This document shows, one piece after another, positions 57,114 through 64,000 of a stretch of 64,000 nt of DNA. The notes under the pieces were generated by a model that saw only the letters and a list, made by a program, of their open reading frames with translations, made no database searches and was not told where the DNA came from. Source of the stretch: Roseburia sp. (GTDB lineage: Bacteria; Bacteroidota; Bacteroidia; Bacteroidales; Bacteroidaceae); assembly GCA_023665185.1 (NCBI GenBank), contig JAMPEL010000004.1, positions 10,489 through 74,488 of the forward strand, read 5' to 3'. Made by a program: the position numbers and the translations under genes. Numbering within the stretch: the stretch's first letter is position 1; each line of letters opens with the position of its first letter.

Positions 57114-59753
57114 TCAGAAAGTCATTCTGACCATAAACCGCACACCCCAATTGTTTGTACCGGGATTGTCGAGATAAGTCAGACGCTTCACGTATTCGAC
57201 ATGAAGTATCTTGAATATATTGTGTATTCCCAAACGAAGTTCCGCATACGGGGTTTTCTTGTCCATAATCTGGGTATTGCACTCATACGTGCCGTCGGCA
57301 AGAAAATGTCCGGGAAAATAGAACAACTCGCTGTCATTATAGCCTGAAGCCGCCGGATTGTTCTTGTCGGTAAGTGTTCCCCACAAGACATTTACACCGA
57401 CAAACTCCCTCCATTTCAGTTTTTTCAGCAATGGAATGCGATTGAAAATCTTACCGTTCAAATCCCAAGACAACATCAATGAGGCATAACGGTCGTTCAG
57501 AAACTCCAGATTTGAAATCAGGGAGAATGTGTTGTCTTCGAGAATATACGACTGGTTGGCTGCCGGATGTATGAGCAGAGGAAACGGCACCTTGTTCCAT
57601 TGTATTCCCACTTTGGCATCTATATCAATCTTTCCCCAGCTGCCCATCCAGAAACGCTTGTACATTCCCGCCTCGGTCACATTATAATCATACTGTCCGC
57701 CAAGAAAACCATTGACACCGGCAGTGTGGCTCACCGTAAACACCGGTGCATCAAGATTAATCTTCAGGCGTCGCTGCTTGGTATTGACGTATGTTGCTCC
57801 CGGCTCAAAGGTGAATCCAACCTTAAACTCTGTCGTTGTAATGTCTTTCACCCACACCGAAGGGTCATTGACAGGCTGGCTGACACCTGTTTCCGCATCA
57901 AGTATGCCTGTCCCCACTTTCTGATAGAACAGCGCGTCTACCGGAGTGTTGTTGGTACGGGTAAAATTCAGCTTAAACTTCAGCCCCGACTCCCATTCGC
58001 GGTCGTATGCCACATGCCACTCCCTCGTATGATTGTATTGGTCTACCTTGCTTGCATGGAACGAGGTGAACATATTGTCCTTGTCCGTTGGAATAAACTT
58101 GTCGAAAGGCGACATTATATCATCCAGATAATACACGGAAAGATTGTTCTGCGGAAACTCGCGCGGCAAGTATGCTTTCTTGTTGAAAGCATATGTGAGT
58201 TGCAATTTTCCGTATAGGTTCTGTGTTTTGGTTCCGTAAGCCGCATATCCGCTCATAAAGAAGTGAGGATTGAAATTGGCAGTTGTAAGGGCTGAGATAC
58301 GGAAACGCAACTTGTCATAATCGTTTGAGGATATGATGGTGTTTATAGGCCCTATATCCACCTTGCTCGGATGGAGAGAGTCGCCTGTCTCCACAAAGTT
58401 CTCGACCAAAGCCTTGAATCCGAATATAAAATACTTGAATCCTTTCAAACTCTCAATACGGCTGATGAATGTCCCCATCTGGCTTTCGCTCGGAGTCAGC
58501 TCCACCTTGCGGTAGCTCTCCCAAAAACTGTCGTCCTGCATCTGTGCGTCCGGCTCACGGAACACACTGCCCTTGATTCTTTTAAATACCTTGTTGGGGA
58601 TTTCCTCAAAGGCAAAATCCGACAGGCGGGTAGTACGCTGCACAAGAAACTTGCCAAGCCACTTGGTGAGTTTCAGCTCCACCAGCATGTCATTGTTAAT
58701 AGCCACGCGCTCTCCTGAAGGCAGTTCCATGAAATCTTGCATGATAATCATATTATCAACGAAGTTCACATCGCTGCGAGCCGGAATGTTAAGCTCCACA
58801 CGGCGTACCTGATAACTTGAATCCGCCATGATGAACAAATGTCCCGAAAAGCCGAAATCCTGCTGGTTGTTCGGCAGAAAGCCAACATCTATCACCTTGT
58901 CATTGTCAATGAAAATGGTGTCCTGTATATAATAACGGTAGAAACTGATGGCACTGTTTGCGATAGGACTTTTAAAAGGATACTGAAGCAAACGGCATTC
59001 ATTGTCATAAATATCCACATCGGTAAATACATCCTTCAGCGTGGTGGTGAATATCTCACCGGTATTTACCAGTTCCGTCACACCTTTATTGCTCTCGCCT
59101 TTTATCAGCACCTTCTCCGAATGCGGGTCTTTCCGGTAGAAAATCTCCGACAATGTCTCATCGACTGTCAAAGGAAGAATAAGCTTCCCTGTCTCCGGAC
59201 ACGTCTCCACATGGTCTTTCAGGAACGCGAACTTTTTAAATTCACCCTCCTCAAACACCTTGTCCGTAAACTCATTGACAGAGAATGTCATCTTTTCGTA
59301 CTTTGTGTACGTAAAAAAATCCTTCTGACGGAGGTCGCTCATCTTTTTCGCATCAATAACCTTGCGCATCAACTCTACAGCCGGATTGTTCTTTCTGCTG
59401 TATTTGGTTTTCTTCGCCGTAATTGTCACACCTTGCAGCTTACGCGGTTCCGGCACAAGCTTGATGGTCAGGTTTTTCTTTTTTCCCGGCACAAGTTTTA
59501 CCACTTGAGTGACATATCCCATTGTAGACACGGTAAGCTCGTTCCATGACGAATCTTCTTTGACGACAAAACGTCCGTTCTCGTCAGTCAGCTCACCTAC
59601 ATTTTTCCCTTCATAATACACATTCACAAAGTCCAGCAGCTGCCGGGTCTTTGAATCTATGACAATACCTGTCACTTGGGCTGTTGCGGCCAAGCCACAG
59701 AATATCCATGCACAAAAAAGAAAAACATATTTCAGAACATATTTTTTCAACAT
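57114..59753 (-). CDS. Carboxypeptidase-regulatory-like domain plus DUF5686-like outer-membrane protein
   Basis: Signal peptide. N-terminal VTGIVIDSKTRQLLDFVNVYYEG...ENGRFVV (CarboxypepD_reg). Long beta-rich C-terminal body ending in aromatic F. Confidence 0.7.
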   Translation of the reverse strand: MLKKYVLKYVFLFCAWIFCGLAATAQVTGIVIDSKTRQLLDFVNVYYEGKNVGELTDENGRFVVKEDSSWNELTVSTMGYVTQVVKLVPGKKKNLTIKLVPEPRKLQGVTITAKKTKYSRKNNPAVELMRKVIDAKKMSDLRQKDFFTYTKYEKMTFSVNEFTDKVFEEGEFKKFAFLKDHVETCPETGKLILPLTVDETLSEIFYRKDPHSEKVLIKGESNKGVTELVNTGEIFTTTLKDVFTDVDIYDNECRLLQYPFKSPIANSAISFYRYYIQDTIFIDNDKVIDVGFLPNNQQDFGFSGHLFIMADSSYQVRRVELNIPARSDVNFVDNMIIMQDFMELPSGERVAINNDMLVELKLTKWLGKFLVQRTTRLSDFAFEEIPNKVFKRIKGSVFREPDAQMQDDSFWESYRKVELTPSESQMGTFISRIESLKGFKYFIFGFKALVENFVETGDSLHPSKVDIGPINTIISSNDYDKLRFRISALTTANFNPHFFMSGYAAYGTKTQNLYGKLQLTYAFNKKAYLPREFPQNNLSVYYLDDIMSPFDKFIPTDKDNMFTSFHASKVDQYNHTREWHVAYDREWESGLKFKLNFTRTNNTPVDALFYQKVGTGILDAETGVSQPVNDPSVWVKDITTTEFKVGFTFEPGATYVNTKQRRLKINLDAPVFTVSHTAGVNGFLGGQYDYNVTEAGMYKRFWMGSWGKIDIDAKVGIQWNKVPFPLLIHPAANQSYILEDNTFSLISNLEFLNDRYASLMLSWDLNGKIFNRIPLLKKLKWREFVGVNVLWGTLTDKNNPAASGYNDSELFYFPGHFLADGTYECNTQIMDKKTPYAELRLGIHNIFKILHVEYVKRLTYLDNPGTNNWGVRFMVRMTF

Positions 59754-59899
59754 GTCAGTACAGGTTTATATGATTGTAAATACAGTCTCAACCTTACTTA
59801 GCTGCCGCTGCCTTTTGCTCCCCGAAAATGTCATTCAGGCAGAGAGAGCAATGCTTGCGCGGAAACTTTCAGGCATATTGCAAAAAAGAAAGCCTCAAA

Positions 59900-59930
59900 G
59901 TTTCCCTTTTTCCACAAGAAAAAGGGAAAC
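59900..59930 (-). terminator. Hairpin downstream of the inositol-3-phosphate synthase gene
   Basis: 12-bp stem gtttcccttttt / aaaaagggaaac, followed on the minus strand by a T-rich stretch that is not contiguous with the stem. Confidence 0.4.
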
Positions 59931-59973
59931 TATGAAGCTTTTCATGGTTTTATAGTCTCAGAGACAAAAGAGA

Positions 59974-61281
59974 TTAGTCAATTTCCTCATCTGCCTCATA
60001 TCCACCCATTTCACGGATAGCGTTCTTCAACATAGTGTACTGCTGGAAGAGATGGTTCACAGCCACTTCGTCCTTTGTGTAGTCGTGCATTGGCGACTTA
60101 AGGAAGAAGCTGAGGAAACGCTGTATGCCGAAGCGTCCTGCGCGTGCGGCAAGGTCGGAAAGCAGACAGAGGTCGAGCAACAGCGGTGCGGCAAGAATTG
60201 AGTCGCGGCAAAGGAAGTTAATCTTAATCTGCATAGGATAGCCCATCCAACCGAAGATGTCTATATTGTCCCAGCCTTCCTTGTTGTCGTTACGAGGCGG
60301 ATAATAGTTGATTCTTACCTTGTGATAATAGTCGGTATAGAGGTCTGGCTGCTCTTCCGGAACAAGGATAGACTCCAAAGTAGACAGCTTTGACACTTCC
60401 TTTGTACGGAAGTTTGCCGGCTCGTCCAATACAAGACCGTCTCTGTTTCCAAGAATGTTTGTAGAGAACCATCCGCTCAGTCCGAGGCAACGAGTGCCGA
60501 TTATAGGAGCAAAGCCTGACTTCACAAGTGTCTGTCCTGTCTTGAAGTCCTTTCCCGCAATAGGCATCTGGGTTTTCTCGGCAAGTTCCCACATAGCCGG
60601 AATGTCGACTGTTGTATTCGGAGCACCCATGATGAAAGGCGCGCCCTCGGCAAGCGCAGCGTATGCGTAACACATAGAAGGTGCGATGTGCTCTGTGTCA
60701 TTATCCTTCATTGCCTGCTCAAGTGCGGCAAGAGTTCCGTGTACAGGCTCGTAAATAGGCACAAAAATCTCAGTAGACGCTGCCCATGCCACAACAATAC
60801 GGTCACAACCGTTGTCAGCCTTGAACTTGCGTATGTCTGCACGAAGTTCCTCGACCATATCCCAACGCGTCTTGCAGTCTTTTACATTGTCACCATCGAG
60901 ACGCTTTGCGAAGTTCTTGTCAAAAGCAGCCTTCAAAGGAACAATCTTCTCAAGCTCGTCCTTAACAGGCTCAATGTCCTTTTCTTTCAAAACCTCCGCA
61001 TACATGGCAGAGCGATAAGCATCGGCAGGATACACATCCCATGCACCAAACACGATGTCATCAAGAGAAGCCAATGGCACAATGTCTGAGTAATGAAGAT
61101 ATTTCTTATCAGCTCCTTTGCCGACACGAATCTTGTCATATTGTGTCATAGAACCGACAGGCTTTGCCAATCCCTTGCGGGCCATGAGAACACCTGTCAT
61201 AAAAGTTGAAGTTACAGCACCAAGACCAACAACCATTATACCCAATTTGCCGTTGGCTGGCTTAACATTCTGTTTTTCCAT
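59974..61281 (-). CDS. ino1: Inositol-3-phosphate synthase (myo-inositol-1-phosphate synthase)
   Basis: GIMVVGLGAVTSTF Rossmann start and full-length MIPS-like sequence (435 aa). Confidence 0.85.
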   Translation of the reverse strand: MEKQNVKPANGKLGIMVVGLGAVTSTFMTGVLMARKGLAKPVGSMTQYDKIRVGKGADKKYLHYSDIVPLASLDDIVFGAWDVYPADAYRSAMYAEVLKEKDIEPVKDELEKIVPLKAAFDKNFAKRLDGDNVKDCKTRWDMVEELRADIRKFKADNGCDRIVVAWAASTEIFVPIYEPVHGTLAALEQAMKDNDTEHIAPSMCYAYAALAEGAPFIMGAPNTTVDIPAMWELAEKTQMPIAGKDFKTGQTLVKSGFAPIIGTRCLGLSGWFSTNILGNRDGLVLDEPANFRTKEVSKLSTLESILVPEEQPDLYTDYYHKVRINYYPPRNDNKEGWDNIDIFGWMGYPMQIKINFLCRDSILAAPLLLDLCLLSDLAARAGRFGIQRFLSFFLKSPMHDYTKDEVAVNHLFQQYTMLKNAIREMGGYEADEEID

Positions 61282-61320
61282 TTTTGTATATACTTTTATT
61301 AAATACTAAGTTACAGCTTG

Positions 61321-61328
61321 CAAAATTA
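61321..61328 (-). promoter_or_regulatory. Putative -7 box (TAATTTTG) upstream of ino1
   Basis: Minus-strand TAnnTTTG match sits 40 nt upstream of ATG 61281. Confidence 0.45.
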
Positions 61329-61501
61329 AGAATTTTAGGGTGTTTAATACTAATCTTTTTATCCACAAATATGACCGAAAAGTAATCAATTTGCATTTTT
61401 CTCATTCTGCACTACGCTTTTTTCGATAAATTTTGCATCTCATATCGAAACCGCCACAAATATACATAATATATTTTGACTTCACTGTAACAATAAATCC
61501 A

Positions 61502-61509
61502 TAACTTTG
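61502..61509 (+). promoter_or_regulatory. Putative -7 box (TAACTTTG) upstream of the BadF-type ATPase gene
   Basis: TAnnTTTG match sits 18 nt upstream of ATG 61527. Confidence 0.45.
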
Positions 61510-61526
61510 CAACATAAAAATTTTAT

Positions 61527-62417
61527 ATGGAAAAAACAATAGACACTATGATTTTGATAGCAGACAGCGGTTCGACAAAGACGGAATGGTACGTCACAGA
61601 CAGCGGCATTCCTGACCAGACAATCATCACAAGCGGAATTAATCCCGTGCTTCAAGACAAGCAAGAAATCCGCCGCATTCTCGAAACGGAATTGCTTCCT
61701 CAAATACACGCTGCCAGTACAGCTGTCAAGCAAATATATTTTTATGGCGCAGGGTGTACCCCGGAGAACGTTCCCTTAGTCACATCTGCCCTAAGCCACA
61801 CGTTCACTCAGGCAAGTACGGTTTTTGCGGGGAGCGACTTGTTGGGGGCTGCGCACGCGCTCTGCGGAAACAGCACCGGCATTGTCTGCATACTCGGCAC
61901 AGGATCAAACTCGTGTCTATATGATGGAGAAAGAATCGTAGAGCAAGTGTCGCCACTCGGCTTCATTCTCGGCGATGAGGGAAGCGGCGCCTATATCGGC
62001 AAAAGGCTTGTCGGGGATGTACTGAAGCACCAGTTGCCGGAGGAGTTATGCCGATTGTTTTTGGAGCACACCAGGCTTACTGTAGCGGAAATCATCCGAA
62101 AAGTGTATCGCGAGCCTATGCCCAACCGTTTTCTTGCCTCTCTCTCCAGATTTTGTCACGAAAACCGCAGCCATCCCGCCATGCACAAACTGCTGGTCGA
62201 CTGCTTCAACGAGTTCTTCAAACGGAATGTCATGACATACCGCCATGGGAAGACTGATGGAGATGAGAGCAAAATAAATTTTGTCGGCTCCGTTGCCTAC
62301 TATTATATAGAGGAGATAAAAGAGGCTGCCGCCATGAACGGGCTTTGCATCGGGAAAGTAGTCCGCAACCCTATCAAGGATATGGCTGCATACAGATTGC
62401 GCACCTGTTCCGTTTGA
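61527..62417 (+). CDS. BadF/BadG/BcrA/BcrD-type ATPase (N-acetylglucosamine kinase-like)
   Basis: ILIADSGSTKTEW, ILGTGSN and GDEGSGAYIG, the ASKHA-fold sugar kinase motifs. Confidence 0.75.
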   Translation: MEKTIDTMILIADSGSTKTEWYVTDSGIPDQTIITSGINPVLQDKQEIRRILETELLPQIHAASTAVKQIYFYGAGCTPENVPLVTSALSHTFTQASTVFAGSDLLGAAHALCGNSTGIVCILGTGSNSCLYDGERIVEQVSPLGFILGDEGSGAYIGKRLVGDVLKHQLPEELCRLFLEHTRLTVAEIIRKVYREPMPNRFLASLSRFCHENRSHPAMHKLLVDCFNEFFKRNVMTYRHGKTDGDESKINFVGSVAYYYIEEIKEAAAMNGLCIGKVVRNPIKDMAAYRLRTCSV

Positions 62418-62616
62418 GAAATACCATAACTGAACACCATATTGACTTTGCGGATAAATAAATCCGCAAAGAAGCATGTCGGGAACATTCTACAAATAGA
62501 AACACAGCCTGCCCTGCAACCAACATAACCAAAGGCAGTTTGAGAATCCATTTGCAATAATCGGGCAAAATGGAACCTCAAACTGCCTATAATATTTCAG
62601 AAAACAAACAGTATGT

Positions 62617-62826
62617 TTACTTTCTGCGCTGAGTCGGTCTGTTCTTGACTCTCTGCCTTATTTCAGCCTTATGCTTTGCAGCCCCAGAACCGTGAGCACC
62701 AGTCTGGTAAGCCTTTTTCCGGGCTTTAGTCTTCACTTTGTCCGAATTTCCGCTATTCGCCCTGAATCCTCCTCCGAATGTAATGCCATTCATTATGGCA
62801 TTCTGTATTTCATTGTCTGAAGCCAT
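62617..62826 (-). CDS. Small basic hypothetical protein (69 aa)
   Basis: ORF 24 nt downstream of the purH stop. Gly/Lys/Arg-rich with no motif, so its coding status is uncertain. Confidence 0.3.
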   Translation of the reverse strand: MASDNEIQNAIMNGITFGGGFRANSGNSDKVKTKARKKAYQTGAHGSGAAKHKAEIRQRVKNRPTQRRK

Positions 62827-62850
62827 TGTATAAGAATTATTACCGATTTA

Positions 62851-64000
62851 TTAATGATGGAACAATCTGATGCCGGTGAATGCCATAGCAATTCCATACT
62901 TATCGCAAGTATCAATAACATGGTCATCGCGCACCGAACCGCCTGCCTGTGCAATATACTCCACTCCACTCTTGTGGGCACGTTCTATATTGTCGCCAAA
63001 CGGGAAGAATGCGTCGCTACCCAGACATACACCTGTATTCTGCGCAATCCATGCCTTCTTCTCCTCCTCTGTAAGCGGCTCCGGTTTTTCCGTAAAGAAC
63101 TGCTGCCATGTACCTTCCTGAAGAACGTCCTCATACTCGTTTCCGATGTACACGTCAATAGTATTGTCGCGATCAGCACGTCTGATATTCTCCTTGAACG
63201 GCAATTCCATTACCTTCGGGCACTGACGAAGCCACCATACATCAGCCTTGTTTCCAGCCAGACGGGTACAGTGAATACGGCTCTGCTGTCCCGCGCCTAT
63301 ACCGATAGCCTGTCCGTCCTTGACATAGCAAACAGAATTTGATTGTGTGTATTTCAAAGTGATAAGGGCAATCTTCAAGTCGCGCTTCGCCTCGTCTGAG
63401 AAAGTCTTGTTGTGGGTCGGAATGTTCTCGAACAGATTATCGCCCGAAAGGTCAATCTCATTACGTCCCTGCTCAAAAGTGACACCAAACACTTGCTTGC
63501 GCTCTATTGGAGCCGGACGGTAGTTCGGGGCAATCTTTATCACATTATAAGTACCTTTGCGCTTCTCCTTCAATATCTCAAGAGCCTCGGGAGTATAGTC
63601 GGGAGCTATCACACCGTCACTGACCTCACGCTTGATAAGCAAGGCTGTCACCTCATCGCAAGTGTCGCTAAGAGCGATAAAGTCGCCATACGAAGACATG
63701 CGGTCAGCACCTCTCGCACGCGCATAAGCCGTAGCTACTGGCGAAAGCGGCAACTTGATGTCGTCTACAAAGTAAATTTTTTTCAGTGTGTCGCTCATCG
63801 GGACACCGACTGCCGCACCCGCAGGACTCACATGCTTGAAAGAAGCTGCCGCTGCCATACCGGTAGCCGCCTTAAGTTCTTTTACAAGCTGCCATGAGTT
63901 CAGGGCATCAAGCAAATTGATATACCCGGGACGTCCGTTAAGAATCTCAATAGGGAGTTCACCTTCTTCCATATATACTCTGGAAGGTTTCTGGTTGGGA
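62851..64000 (-). CDS. purH: Bifunctional AICAR transformylase / IMP cyclohydrolase, C-terminal part (runs off the window)
   Basis: AICARFT region (FKHVSPAGAAVG, GIGAGQQSRIHCTRLAG, SDAFFPF, GGSVRD). The frame is open to the window end. Confidence 0.9.
   Translation of the reverse strand, partial: PNQKPSRVYMEEGELPIEILNGRPGYINLLDALNSWQLVKELKAATGMAAAASFKHVSPAGAAVGVPMSDTLKKIYFVDDIKLPLSPVATAYARARGADRMSSYGDFIALSDTCDEVTALLIKREVSDGVIAPDYTPEALEILKEKRKGTYNVIKIAPNYRPAPIERKQVFGVTFEQGRNEIDLSGDNLFENIPTHNKTFSDEAKRDLKIALITLKYTQSNSVCYVKDGQAIGIGAGQQSRIHCTRLAGNKADVWWLRQCPKVMELPFKENIRRADRDNTIDVYIGNEYEDVLQEGTWQQFFTEKPEPLTEEEKKAWIAQNTGVCLGSDAFFPFGDNIERAHKSGVEYIAQAGGSVRDDHVIDTCDKYGIAMAFTGIRLFHH

Overview
All calls come from reading the sequence and ORF track by eye; no database search was run. 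This is a chromosomal segment of a Bacteroidales bacterium. Evidence: TAnnTTTG -7 boxes sit in front of many genes, the gene content fits, and three secreted proteins carry T9SS C-terminal sorting domains. The T9SS domains point to a T9SS-bearing lineage such as Prevotellaceae rather than gut Bacteroides (inference). Most of the window is housekeeping: fused cobalamin genes (cbiJ-cbiD, cbiG-cbiF), rubredoxin/rubrerythrin, panB, secA, pabB/pabC, mazG, slyD-like FKBP, aroC, ssb, kdsA/kpsF, recQ, recJ, inositol-3-phosphate synthase and purH (partial). It also holds a pheA-aminotransferase-DAHP synthase/chorismate mutase-tyrA operon, tRNA-Leu(TAA) and tRNA-Ser(CGA). The main accessory locus lies between recJ and an MBL-fold hydrolase (about 47.2-56.1 kb). 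There, an AT-rich, translationally coupled four-gene cassette encodes an Hsp70 paralogue fused to TPR repeats, a compact SF1 helicase-like ATPase, an orphan 417-aa protein and a TerB-like protein. Upstream of it sit a host-composition AlbA_2/HATPase/wHTH gene and a decayed XRE-type HTH gene. I cannot match this gene combination to any named defence system, and it is my top candidate for an undescribed conflict system. Other observations: (1) a roughly 0.6 kb noncoding repeat family in three same-orientation copies, with conserved hairpins, one abutting the island; (2) a Phe/Tyr-rich leader peptide with terminator/antiterminator upstream of pheA; (3) a 54-aa rubredoxin missing from the ORF track; (4) a frameshifted YhcH-family gene; (5) a scar fusing fragments of a YgjP-like peptidase and an AbiH-like gene; (6) a candidate small RNA upstream of tRNA-Ser. 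I saw no rRNA, CRISPR array, transposase or integrase.
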